Source of the DNA: Candidatus Bathyarchaeota archaeon
GTDB taxonomy: Archaea > Thermoproteota > Bathyarchaeia > Bathyarchaeales > Bathycorpusculaceae
NCBI GenBank assembly: GCA_963782525.1
Contig: CAWAKC010000003.1
Coordinates: 352,001 to 416,000, forward strand
Direction: 5' to 3'
Length of the DNA: 64,000 nucleotides
Positions 21,894-32,195 of this stretch are shown in pieces. The notes under the pieces were generated by a model. The model did no database searches and had not been told where the DNA came from. It was given only the letters and a program-made list of their open reading frames with translations. A program made the position numbers and the translations under genes. Each line of letters opens with the position of its first letter. The stretch's first letter is position 1.

Positions 21894-23660
21894 CTATTCT
21901 TTCCAGTCAATAATTCCTTTTACCGGATAATAGTGCAGTTTTATTTTGCCATTTACGGACTTCATTTTAATTTCTTCGGCGTTAAACATTATTCTCATCG
22001 GTTGATTAAATTCTTGACTGAGGATATACTTCGCTTTTTCTTTTGATGAAAGGTTTGTGTCTTGTTTGAACATGTTTGCGTTAAGTGATGCTTTTTCTTC
22101 TAGTAGATTGACTTGGTCCTCTGTCAACTGGTAATTAAGGGCTTTGGCTTTTGTGGAATTTCTAATTATGAAATATCTGTCCTTAGGTCTTAGCTGGAGT
22201 TTTTGGCTTTCGATCCACTCGGTTAAAACCTTATCCACGTCGTCATCAAAGGTTGTCTCGCCGGTTGGATCTTTCATTTCAAAGACGACCGTTTGGACTT
22301 TTTTTGCACTGCCAGTTAAACCTATGTTGCTTAAACCGTTAAATCTCGTAAGGACACCCATTGTTGTCCTTTTCATGAATTTCCCTGTGCTCTCCTCACA
22401 AGGAACAATCTTAACATCTAGTTGTTTTACCTCAAACTTCTTCTTATCGGGCGTGATTCTAAAGACAGTGCCGGGGGGTTCACCGGTGGTCGGTTTTGTG
22501 TAGTACTGCCAACCGGGGGGCAATGGCTGTGGGGGTTCGATACCCTTTTTCGTCTTCCACTTCAACCAACCCAATCCAATGATTGAAAATGTGATTATAA
22601 CAGCTGCAGTGACTACTGTAATCAACCAACTGTAGTCGCCTATTGTAGAGTTAGTTGTAGTTGTTGCTCCAGAGGGATACTGTGAGGAAGTAGGTGTTGG
22701 AATACTGCTGCTTTGTATGACAAACTTTTGTATTCGGTCGTTACCAGTATCAGCAACGTATATCCCGCCAGCGTTACCAGCGGTCACGCCAAGAGGATCT
22801 TTGAATTGAGTGTCAGCAGTACCAAAATTTCCCCAAGACAGTAAGAATGTCCCGTCGGTATCGAATTCTTGGATTCGACTATTGAATTGGTCGGCAACAA
22901 AAACATGGTTGTTCTTATCGATTGAAATGCTTGATGGCAAACTGAACTGTCCGTCACCATTTCCATATGATCCCCACGAAGTTATCAAAGTTCCTTCTGA
23001 ACTAAATTTTTGGATTCTATCGTTTGATGTATCAGCAACATACACATTGTCATCTACGTCGCAGGCTATACCATCCGGATGATTAAATTGACCTAAGCTA
23101 TTGCCTTCGCTTCCCCACATCTGCAGGTAAACGGCTGCTGAGTTGAATTTTTGGACTCGCGCATTATCTTGTTCCACGACGTATATGTTGCCATTTTTGT
23201 CAACGGTTACATCTGCCGGCCGCCCAAACTGAGCGTAACCATTGCCTTGGCTACCGAAACTCTTTATGAAAGACCCTGAGGAGCTAAATATTTGGACTCT
23301 GTTGTTCTCCATGTCGGCAACATAAACATTACCGCCTTCATCCACACATGTTCCACTTGGGGAGCTAAATTGCCCGTCTCCAGAGCCGGTCTGGCCCCAA
23401 ATCGACAAGAAGCTTCCAGCAGAGCTAAACTTTTGGATACAATCGTTGTTGCTATCGCTTACATACACGTTACCTTCCGGGTCAACTGCTATTCCAACGG
23501 CTTGGTTAAATTGACCATGATTTGATCCTTCAGATCCCCATTTAAGCGAGAAGACGTACACATCACCCTTTGAAAGGGCAACACAAAAACCTAGAATCAA
23601 TAGAACAACAATTCCCAACATCAGAATGCCTGATATACGATGCCGAAGTCTTGCTGTCAA
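21894..23660 (-). CDS. NHL-repeat six-bladed beta-propeller, TM helix and cytoplasmic domain (gasdermin-like, see findings)
   Basis: Six repeats GQF..P.GIAVD..GNVYVAD..N.RIQKF; TM WLITVVTAAVIITFSIIGLGWL; about 210-aa C-terminal domain. Confidence 0.9.
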   Translation of the reverse strand: MTARLRHRISGILMLGIVVLLILGFCVALSKGDVYVFSLKWGSEGSNHGQFNQAVGIAVDPEGNVYVSDSNNDCIQKFSSAGSFLSIWGQTGSGDGQFSSPSGTCVDEGGNVYVADMENNRVQIFSSSGSFIKSFGSQGNGYAQFGRPADVTVDKNGNIYVVEQDNARVQKFNSAAVYLQMWGSEGNSLGQFNHPDGIACDVDDNVYVADTSNDRIQKFSSEGTLITSWGSYGNGDGQFSLPSSISIDKNNHVFVADQFNSRIQEFDTDGTFLLSWGNFGTADTQFKDPLGVTAGNAGGIYVADTGNDRIQKFVIQSSSIPTPTSSQYPSGATTTTNSTIGDYSWLITVVTAAVIITFSIIGLGWLKWKTKKGIEPPQPLPPGWQYYTKPTTGEPPGTVFRITPDKKKFEVKQLDVKIVPCEESTGKFMKRTTMGVLTRFNGLSNIGLTGSAKKVQTVVFEMKDPTGETTFDDDVDKVLTEWIESQKLQLRPKDRYFIIRNSTKAKALNYQLTEDQVNLLEEKASLNANMFKQDTNLSSKEKAKYILSQEFNQPMRIMFNAEEIKMKSVNGKIKLHYYPVKGIIDWKE

Positions 23661-23831
23661 CTTATCGACTGCTCCCCAATATTATTCTGTGTATTAAGTA
23701 ATGATGATCTATTAAGTATTAATATGGATTTGATATTAGCGACAAGGCGAAATTGCGTAGTTCATTGACTGGCAAAGTCCAACAATAATAACTTGTCAGC
23801 CCAAGCAAGATAACGTCCCAAAAAGGCCGCG

Positions 23832-24122
23832 ACAACTTCTTTAGAAGAAGAACGGAGTGTCAAGAAAAAAATTCCCCGTCTTGGATTAGTAGTAGTCGTC
23901 CAGGAAATTCAGCAGACGACTTCTTCTAATGATTTGTCCAGTGTTGAAAAACGTGTTTTTCTGCGGCAAGTAATTTTACTTCTTCTTTCCAACAAGCCCA
24001 AAACGCTCACGCAACTAAAAGAAGAAGACACAATCCCTATACACATCACTATCTTCTTCTACTGCTAAGAGAAGAAGAAAAAATCGGTTTTTCCTTAATA
24101 GCAATTTTTTCTTCTTTCAATC
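23832..24122. repeat. Triplet-arm inverted-repeat cluster 6
   Basis: Units at about 23842, 23888, 24020, 24069; 23979-24029 identical to 21689-21739. Confidence 0.9.
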
Positions 24123-24208
24123 ATTCATGTAGATGAGCGTGCGAATTGGGTGAATACAGACGATTATTATGTTTATGAAAAAAAGAAAGGAAGTTTTTGT
24201 TTAGTTTT

Positions 24209-26878
24209 TTATGGTCTTTTTCTGATCATAAGGGCGAGTACGACGCCGACTATTGCTATTGCTATGATGATTGCTACTGCTGCGCCTGCGACGTACATTT
24301 CGGTTTGGGGAATAATGACCTCGGGGTATGGAGATGTTGTTGGTGCTGTGTCGATTGCAGTGAAATGTGCTTCGGCAGACGATGGATAGTATGATGCTGA
24401 ACCTGCGAAGGTAGCTATAACTGTGTAGTCGCCGGCAATATCAGGTGTCCATGTAAAAGCGAATGTACCGCTAGTATCGCTTGTTGTGTTGCCGAGTGGT
24501 CTAAAGTTGCCGTTAGAGTCAACTACGTTGATTGATATTGGGACTCCGGTTGCGTTTGTGGGTTTTGCCTGCTGTTCGTATACATATTCCATCCATGCTT
24601 CTTGGCTTGCATCGGATACACATGGAACACCGTTGGGGAAGTTTGCTGCTTGGGCATTTTGAGTTGTGCCTGCACAGATGTCTGTTATTGTTCCGCTTAT
24701 TACCACTGGTGTTGAAGTTGATACTCCAATGTTAGGTGCTGTGACGGTTGTTTTGCTGGGTCCTTGGCCGATGCAGTATATTTGGTTGTCATAGGCGTTA
24801 AGGGCTAGAAGGAAGCCGTCTCCGATGATAGCGTTGCTGCCGCCGTTTCCTCCTGCGGCCATGTTGACTCCGAATTCCATTATTTTCCATAATTCTGCTC
24901 CGTTTGAAGCGTTTATGCAGCGGAAGTTTGGACCGCGCCAGAGAGGTTGAGAGGGCGAGTGTTCACCGCAGCCAATGTAGATTTTTCCATCTGCCACGCA
25001 GCTAATTGCGCCTGGATAGTTGCCGTATGGGGATTCGAAGCCGACTTGTGCGCATGTGTAGTTCCAGAGTTTTTCTCCTGTTTTGACGTCATAGGCATTG
25101 AGTACGCCGCCGTAGGTGAGTTCTATGATTTTGCCTTGATAGATATTGTACATCATTCCGTAGAAATCTAAGTCTGACACTGGTTCGGTTGGACCCCAGA
25201 GTGGTTGTCCGGTTGCAAGGCTGTAGCCCCAAAGTTGTCGTGTAAGTCCTTGTGCAAAGATGAAGACGCCGTCTTCTGGGTCAATTGGTACTCCGTAGGC
25301 ACCGCTGCCAATGGCCATTGTTCCTCTTGTGCTGTAAACAGTTGATGTTGCTGTGTCTGAATATGGAGGCGTGAAGGTAATGTTCCAGAGAAGCGATGGA
25401 GTAATTATTCCGTTATTATCTGGTTTAAGATTCAAAGCCCATAAATTACCCTGCACCGTCCCACTTGGATCATTTTTCCCTTGAGTTCCACCGATAACGA
25501 ATTGATCTTCACGGACGCAATATATGCTGCCCTGTATCGCTGGAATCGATGCATTCAATGAGAAGCCGTTGTTTCCATCGTAAGTCACGTTTAGGCCAGG
25601 TCGCCACATCCAATAGTTGTTAGCTGTGAAGGCAGAATAGTCACGGTTTTGGTACATAGCTGAAGTGCCCCTCCACCAGATAGCTTGAGTTGTATTCCAT
25701 ACTGTCAGATAGTATCGGGGGTTTGCAGTTGTTCCATAATTGACGATGTTATAGCGTAGTATACTTCCGTCTTTTCCGTAGACCGCTGTACCTGACGACG
25801 ACACGTTTGCTATGCTGCACATGTAGTTACCTGAGAAGGCATCGTACATCATCCAAGTGTTTGCTGTAGCTGCACTAGTGCTCCATAGGTATGGGAAACC
25901 GCCGTGTTGGTTAGGTGATTCGTAGTTGAGTATTTGACCAAATGCCAGTGACTGACCCGGAATACTGCCTGAGGAAGATTGGCTTGGTGCGGTTATTGAA
26001 CCGGTAGTGTTGTAGAAGTAGTCTGTTTGGCCTGTATATAGATCCACGCAATACCAGCCTTCTTTCGGGAGCGATTGAACGTTGTAGTAGAGTTTTCCAT
26101 TCATTATTATTGGTGGAGCAAAAGCTAGGCCTTCGTAGTGGAACGTTTGGTAGCCTATGTCGTTGAATCGTGCATCCATAATGCCTCCAGCCCACATTGG
26201 TCTTGTCCACATTACGTGAGCGCTTTCTGGTCCGTCGCCGTATGCAAAATTGTTAGTTGCGCCAACAGTTTGAGCTGCGCCGGACAACCAGTTTCCGGCA
26301 AGCGTGTACCAGTTTCTATTTAGATCATTTATTGGGCGTGTCCAGTATGCTGATGGGAGAGGAGTCTCTTGCCATTGGGCTATTGGGTCCTGCTGAACGG
26401 TGACTGTAAGTGCGGTGCTTGTGGCGGCTGTAAAAGTGTCGTTCACGTATGTTAGGCTTTGACCGACGGAAGCAGGCGCCAGAGGGTTACCTGTCATCAC
26501 CTGTTGAGCTTGTCTTGCGACGAATGTGTATGTGCCCACTTCAGTAGGTGTGTATGAAGCGTATCCACCTCCAATAGGATCAGAGGTGATTGGTCCTAAC
26601 GAATCATTAGTTCCGCTAGGCTTCATGATGTCCACGTAGAAGATGAATCTGTCACCGTAATCGCCAGTAGCGGTTGGTGGGTAATTATTGCTCCAGAAAA
26701 TAATGTTCTCTTGCTGACCGACGCCTATGACGCTATTTGTGACTGCAATGTAACAATAGTCAACAACAGTCCATGCGGGATAATGAGCTTCAGAGAGAGG
26801 CAAACCGACAAACGAAATAGTGATTGTTAACATCAAAATTATTGCTATCAAAAATGCTATAGTTTTTTTCTTTTCCAT
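24209..26878 (-). CDS. Secreted PQQ-like beta-propeller protein (paralog 2)
   Basis: Same architecture as 6682-9255: YWTRPI, NATGVPI, TM and IRKRP. Confidence 0.85.
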   Translation of the reverse strand: MEKKKTIAFLIAIILMLTITISFVGLPLSEAHYPAWTVVDYCYIAVTNSVIGVGQQENIIFWSNNYPPTATGDYGDRFIFYVDIMKPSGTNDSLGPITSDPIGGGYASYTPTEVGTYTFVARQAQQVMTGNPLAPASVGQSLTYVNDTFTAATSTALTVTVQQDPIAQWQETPLPSAYWTRPINDLNRNWYTLAGNWLSGAAQTVGATNNFAYGDGPESAHVMWTRPMWAGGIMDARFNDIGYQTFHYEGLAFAPPIIMNGKLYYNVQSLPKEGWYCVDLYTGQTDYFYNTTGSITAPSQSSSGSIPGQSLAFGQILNYESPNQHGGFPYLWSTSAATANTWMMYDAFSGNYMCSIANVSSSGTAVYGKDGSILRYNIVNYGTTANPRYYLTVWNTTQAIWWRGTSAMYQNRDYSAFTANNYWMWRPGLNVTYDGNNGFSLNASIPAIQGSIYCVREDQFVIGGTQGKNDPSGTVQGNLWALNLKPDNNGIITPSLLWNITFTPPYSDTATSTVYSTRGTMAIGSGAYGVPIDPEDGVFIFAQGLTRQLWGYSLATGQPLWGPTEPVSDLDFYGMMYNIYQGKIIELTYGGVLNAYDVKTGEKLWNYTCAQVGFESPYGNYPGAISCVADGKIYIGCGEHSPSQPLWRGPNFRCINASNGAELWKIMEFGVNMAAGGNGGSNAIIGDGFLLALNAYDNQIYCIGQGPSKTTVTAPNIGVSTSTPVVISGTITDICAGTTQNAQAANFPNGVPCVSDASQEAWMEYVYEQQAKPTNATGVPISINVVDSNGNFRPLGNTTSDTSGTFAFTWTPDIAGDYTVIATFAGSASYYPSSAEAHFTAIDTAPTTSPYPEVIIPQTEMYVAGAAVAIIIAIAIVGVVLALMIRKRP

Positions 26879-27029
26879 TTTTAACTCTTTCCTTTACACT
26901 TTGTTTGGCAAGTAAACTTTCATTAGATTGCCTGCCAACAAAATCAGTTATCGCCCCAAGAAATATTTAAAATATTGGCTTCTTTTGCTAATCATACGGT
27001 TTTTTTCTTTCAATTATCAACCCTACCAG

Positions 27030-27150
27030 TACTTCTAAGAGAAGAACAAAAACAACTGAAATTTTGGCGTGTTGTTGTTCTTCCGATCAGGGGAAGCAAC
27101 CAGCTAACTAAAAGAAGAAGAAGCGCCCCTGCGGCAACCTTCTTCTTTTA
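27030..27150. repeat. Triplet-arm inverted-repeat cluster 7
   Basis: CAA/TTG unit at about 27040-27084 and GAA/TTC unit at about 27111-27149. Confidence 0.88.
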
Positions 27151-27416
27151 GGCCTTGGCGAGCCCAAGTAACAAACTTTTTACAAACTGTTAAAGAAAGA
27201 TAGGTTGCAGCTAGAAGCTATAAATAAGAAAATTATCCAGATCCTACCCGATCCATATCATTCAAACCCCTAAAATACCCATTGGACGGCCTACCTCTTA
27301 GCGACTAGCTGTCAGTTTTGTTGATTAAATCGTTCAATTGGTCTATGGCGCTCAGGCTGTATGCCCTTAATTTTTTGGACTAAAAAAGGGGAAGATTAGG
27401 TTTTTGTTTGGCATAT

Positions 27417-30218
27417 TTACGGTCGTTTCCTAAGCATTAAGACGACGATAGCGCCGACTATGGCTATTGCAATGATTATGGCGGCTGTTGAAAGGGCGAA
27501 GTACATTTCTGTATTTGACTGGGCTTGTGCTGGTGCTGGGGACGTTGTTGGTGCTGCTGCGCCTACGTATGCGATAGTATTGGCGCTTGAACTGCCGTAA
27601 GAACTTGATCCTTTGAAGGACGCAATTATCGTGTACTGCCCAGGCACGTCTGGAGTTGTCCACGAGTAGCCAAAGCTGCCGCTTGAATCACTTACTGCGT
27701 CGCCGATATGGATGATGTTGCCGTTGGGGTCAATAGCGTCTATCGATACTGGTACACCGGTTGCGTTTGACGGCTTCGCTTGCTGTTCGTAGATGTATTC
27801 CATCCATGCTTCCTGGCTCTCGTCTGATACTGCGGGGATTCCATTGGTGTAGCCCAATTTGGGACCGTTTGTCTTTGCACCCGGAGACATATCACTTACT
27901 GTACCAGAAATCACGTAGGTGGACCCTGCCGGCATACCTGTCTGTGGCGCAGAGACAGTAGTTGCACTTGGCCCTTTGCCGATGCAATATATCAGGTTGT
28001 CATAGTCACTCGCGGTTACGATGTAGCCATCTGCGATGCCATAGCCTGTTAAGAAGACAGCGTAATTCGCTAGTTTCCAAATCTGTGCTCCATCGGTTGC
28101 GTTTATGCAGTAGATGTATGAGCTGCGCCAGTTGGGTTTAGTGGGAGAGTGCTCGGATGTGTATGTGTAGATTTTTCCGTCGCAAACCGCGCTTATGAAG
28201 ACTGGTTGATTATCGCCGTATGGACTCTCGTAAGGCAAGGCTGTAGCGTTCCAAGTCCACAATTGTTGCCCTGTCTGTACGTCTAAAGCCATGATCTCTC
28301 CTGCATAGTTGTAGTCTGCAAGGACTTTGCCGTAGTATATGTTACTACTTACGCCGTAGTAGTACATCTGCTGAGTGGTAGCTGTATTTGGTCCCCACAA
28401 AAGGGTTCCATCTTTCAAGCTGTAGCCCCATAGCTGACCTGTTTGTTTGCAGTTCAAGATGAAAACTTGGTCGTCATAACTTATGCCGCCCAAGAGCCAG
28501 GTATAGTTCAGGCCAGGTAATGGAACCGTCAATTGTTTGTTGTAAACCAGAGTAGCTGTGAAGCCAAGGTTGGTTTGCCATGTGGAAGGTAGGCCGGGAT
28601 AAGGACTATAATCTGCTGCGTGGTCGTTAATGTTCACAAGCCATACTGAAAACGTGTCCGGTGAAGGTCCACCGCCGATTGAGCTGGTTCCTATGCTGGC
28701 GTAGCCGAATAGCTGTTTCGGAACACGATTATCGTCTTGCAAGACTGCAGTGAAGCCCACTGACGATGCACCGTAAGCAGCGGAAACAGGCAGGTTCTTG
28801 TCTATTGTTACGTTCATTGAGTATCCAGAATGCGGTTTGGACATCGCGGCCAGTAAATCCGGCTCTAGACCAACACTCCAGGCTCCGGGAGCCCACGAAG
28901 TATCGTTGACAGCGTCTATTACTCCTCCTATGCGAGGTTTCCATTGTTGTTGCGTTGTTCCTATGGCTCCCCCTGGATAGATAGCTTGGCTGGAATTCCA
29001 GCAGAGTACGTTGCCTGTGCTAGGATTGTAGCTGTAAATCAATAAGTCTCCGTTTTCGTCCACCGCAGACGTACCTGATGGCACGTTTTTCAGCGTAAGC
29101 ATCCAATTTCCTGTTGCCGCATCAAGCATGTACCATGTGGTGCCGGACTGCATCCAAAGGTATGAGAGCACTCCATTTCCGTTCACGCCGTACCAGTGGT
29201 AGAGTTGTCCTTGGGTCAGCCGCGGAAAACTCTGAGAGAGAGCAGGAGCCCCTCCTCCAAAAGCGCCAGTTGTAGGGGCGGTTATACCGTTGAGGCCGTT
29301 GTCAGTGCCGTTCTTATACCATACTATTTCTCCTGTGTATAGATCTCTGCAATAGTATCCGTACTGCACACTGTCGCCGACGGCTGGTGTATTGTAGTAG
29401 ATTTTTCCGTTCATAATAATCTGCGATTGGAATGACTGCTCGTAGTCTTCAGGGTTCGAGGAGATACCAGGCCACTGTGCGTCAAGAATGCCTCCGCTGC
29501 GAGCTGGCTGTATATCCTGTGTCCACATTATGTGGGCGCTTTCCGGTCCGGTCCCCGCTGGTTGGAACCCATAGGGATTCCAGCCGCCTCCACCGCCAAA
29601 CGCACTGCCGCCCAGCCAGTTGCTCGCGAGCATCGACCATCCTCTGTTCATGTCGTTTATTGGCACTTCCCAGTAGTCTGTTGGAAGCGCAGGTTCTTGC
29701 CAACTAGCTACTGGCTCTTGTTGTACGTTAAGATACGCTGGTTTGCTTGTGGAACCTCCGTAGAAATCACCGATGGAAGGACTCGTCGGGACAGCAGGGC
29801 TGGCTTTTACTGTTTCTCCGGGCCAGCTGAATATGATGGTGTAATTGCCGATCTGATCTGGGACGTATACTTTAGAATCGGCGCCGACATCACTTGCGCA
29901 TTGAAATGGTCCGATAGTATCGTTGGTTCCGTCTGGTTTTATAATGTCGATTTTGAAGCCGTTCCAACGCTGTCCGATTCCACCGCCAGCAGTCGGCGAA
30001 TACCTATCAACCCACACTACAATAGTTGTGTATTGGCCGAGGCCGACGGTGCTTGGTGACAAAGCAACGTAAGCGTTCGTTGGAACATTCATTGCGTTAA
30101 CATTTGGCAATGCATAGCAGTTTACGGCAATAGTTAGCATCAGAATTAAAGCAATCAATGAAAGAAGTTTCTTGTGAAACAATTTCATCTTTCTTATTTC
30201 CTTAAAAGTATAGTACAC
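27417..30218 (-). CDS. Secreted PQQ-like beta-propeller protein (paralog 3); true start probably ATG 30188
   Basis: DYWEVPI, GPESAHIMWT, ADGYIV, NATGVPV, TM and LRKRP. Confidence 0.85.
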   Translation of the reverse strand: MYYTFKEIRKMKLFHKKLLSLIALILMLTIAVNCYALPNVNAMNVPTNAYVALSPSTVGLGQYTTIVVWVDRYSPTAGGGIGQRWNGFKIDIIKPDGTNDTIGPFQCASDVGADSKVYVPDQIGNYTIIFSWPGETVKASPAVPTSPSIGDFYGGSTSKPAYLNVQQEPVASWQEPALPTDYWEVPINDMNRGWSMLASNWLGGSAFGGGGGWNPYGFQPAGTGPESAHIMWTQDIQPARSGGILDAQWPGISSNPEDYEQSFQSQIIMNGKIYYNTPAVGDSVQYGYYCRDLYTGEIVWYKNGTDNGLNGITAPTTGAFGGGAPALSQSFPRLTQGQLYHWYGVNGNGVLSYLWMQSGTTWYMLDAATGNWMLTLKNVPSGTSAVDENGDLLIYSYNPSTGNVLCWNSSQAIYPGGAIGTTQQQWKPRIGGVIDAVNDTSWAPGAWSVGLEPDLLAAMSKPHSGYSMNVTIDKNLPVSAAYGASSVGFTAVLQDDNRVPKQLFGYASIGTSSIGGGPSPDTFSVWLVNINDHAADYSPYPGLPSTWQTNLGFTATLVYNKQLTVPLPGLNYTWLLGGISYDDQVFILNCKQTGQLWGYSLKDGTLLWGPNTATTQQMYYYGVSSNIYYGKVLADYNYAGEIMALDVQTGQQLWTWNATALPYESPYGDNQPVFISAVCDGKIYTYTSEHSPTKPNWRSSYIYCINATDGAQIWKLANYAVFLTGYGIADGYIVTASDYDNLIYCIGKGPSATTVSAPQTGMPAGSTYVISGTVSDMSPGAKTNGPKLGYTNGIPAVSDESQEAWMEYIYEQQAKPSNATGVPVSIDAIDPNGNIIHIGDAVSDSSGSFGYSWTTPDVPGQYTIIASFKGSSSYGSSSANTIAYVGAAAPTTSPAPAQAQSNTEMYFALSTAAIIIAIAIVGAIVVLMLRKRP

Positions 30219-31065
30219 TTATTGTACAAGGGGTTGTTTACTTGTCTGGGAATTTAAATCTTTTGCAAATTTCTTTTTTACTTACATAAAAAATTAGACC
30301 GCCATGTAATAATTAAGCAAAGTATTTTGAGATTAACTGCAAATTTTTAGAGGTAGATTGCCGCTTTTTGGCGAGAAAGAAAGTTTAGCGCTGGCTATTT
30401 GTAGTTGCATTGTGTAGCCACATTAACTTTTATTTTCTATTGAGTTAATTAAAAGTAACGCTTTATATGTTGGGCAGGTCTGGCGGCTAATAGGCGACAA
30501 GATCCCCTCTCTCTTCCACCGTTTTTTGCCTTATCCCCTTTAGCGTGAGGCTAAGCCTCTTAACAGCTATTTTCTCTTCTTGGGCTCAAGTCCACGGTAT
30601 AAGGGTTTGATACATATCCGTTTTTGAAATTCCTTCTTAAACATCTGCTCGAACCTAGGTTTGAGGAGAAAGGAGAACTTCTCACCATAAAATAGATCCC
30701 TGAGGTTTGTATGTTGGTTGAAGAAATACTTGATATGATCCTAAACAGCCAAGACGGCGACTATGTTATTCAAGTCCAAGGCTTGCAGGCATGCAACCCG
30801 CAGGCAGGAACATTTATAGTAGTTTTTGGCTCAGCTCTTCAGCTAGAAATTGATTAATTGTGCACCGTTGGGTTTCTTGTCGTTCACAGAATTGAAAAGT
30901 CTTCGCTGTGTCAAACCCTTGCGATCTTAATTTCATGAATTTGATTGCTCTCCAGGTAGCCAAGGAGATTAAACGGCTTAATTTGGAACCTGTAGAAAGC
31001 ATGGCAAAGTTTTCTCTTGAGGCAAGTATTCTTCGTTCAAACATATTTAAGATCTATTTTTCGTT

Positions 31066-31180
31066 GGAAGAAGAAGACAACAGTGCTGTGTGCAGGAGCC
31101 ATTCTCTTCTTCTTTCAACTAATTCATTACTTAGAAGAACAACAACACTGGAAAATTGTTTGTTGTTGTTCTTCTTCCAA
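31066..31180. repeat. Triplet-arm inverted-repeat cluster 8
   Basis: GAAGAAGAAGAC..CTCTTCTTCTTTC and AGAAGAACAACAACACTGGAAAATTGTTTGTTGTTGTTCTTCT. Confidence 0.88.
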
Positions 31181-31433
31181 TCAATTTTCAGTTAGGATGG
31201 CGATTTGTGTCCGAGTTCCTGCCTTTTGCGGCTTAGGGGGTAACTGAAAAATTTAAGTGCGTTGTGAAGAGACTATTATTTAGGACAGAGTTATTGCCAA
31301 AGTTTCTTGTTGGTTCTGGCGGTTGCTTATTTCCAAGTGCCCAATAAGCCGGCGTTGAAGGCTTACTCTGAAGTATTCAATTTTATAATCAGGATGTAAC
31401 TCTTCAGGCATCAGAATCAAAACTCCTTAATGG

Positions 31434-31682
31434 TCAAATAAGAACTAAGCCATGCTCAACGTTAGGAACAGCTTCAGATTCAGGCTGACCAAAAAGCTTT
31501 GCCAACTCATCAGTAATCGCATTAATATCAGTTCGACAAACAGTCTCGCCGATCAAGCGATCACGAAACTCAGTCTCCCTAATATATTGCCAAGCCGCAT
31601 TACGCTGAACCTTAAGCGCTTTGAAATCTTGCTCCCGCTGCCGCTGACTGATTTTTCCCTGCAAACTTCTTTTATGAGGCAT
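31434..31682 (-). CDS. Small hypothetical protein
   Basis: 82-aa ORF with ATG and plausible RBS (GGTG); no family recognised. Confidence 0.4.
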   Translation of the reverse strand: MPHKRSLQGKISQRQREQDFKALKVQRNAAWQYIRETEFRDRLIGETVCRTDINAITDELAKLFGQPESEAVPNVEHGLVLI

Positions 31683-32195
31683 AACAACACCATAACGAAA
31701 TTATGAACAATGACAGAAACCACTGCAAACCGTTCACGCTCCAGCTAAGGAGGCGAGGAAAACTAAACGCTTGCCTGCACGAGGCTAACCCGATAGATGA
31801 CACTAATAAGCGCTGGCTTTAAGCAATTGCACGGAAGAATACTTGGCAAAATTGCTTCAAAGAATTTTTTTCGAAAGTAATTAAGCAGTTTTAGCGTTGC
31901 GAATTGTCGGAGTATCGGGAAGACGTCAAAGAAAACGCCCATGCGACCGACGCTTTGAGGTATTCTCTGCCTCTTGAGTTGGAAGAGAAGCCGTTTCTTT
32001 ATGTAGTTCACCGTTGACTAAATATCTTTGCTTCGCAGAGCTTCAACGGCGGAAGCGTCTGATTCAAGATAAGTGATTATATGAATATTAGATAATAAAA
32101 ATTCTTAAATGAATCTTTTGCGCTAATCTATAGCAGAAGAAAAGGAGATTTTTGAAAGATGAATACCTTATCGCAAATCAAGGGGTTGCATTATT

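Noticed and set aside
17882-30218. Diversity-generating retroelement acting on surface proteins
   Set aside because: No reverse transcriptase and no adenine-specific TR/VR pair noticed
31763-32011. 82-aa minus-strand ORF, and short frames at 30500-30900
   Set aside because: No recognisable motifs or convincing start signals
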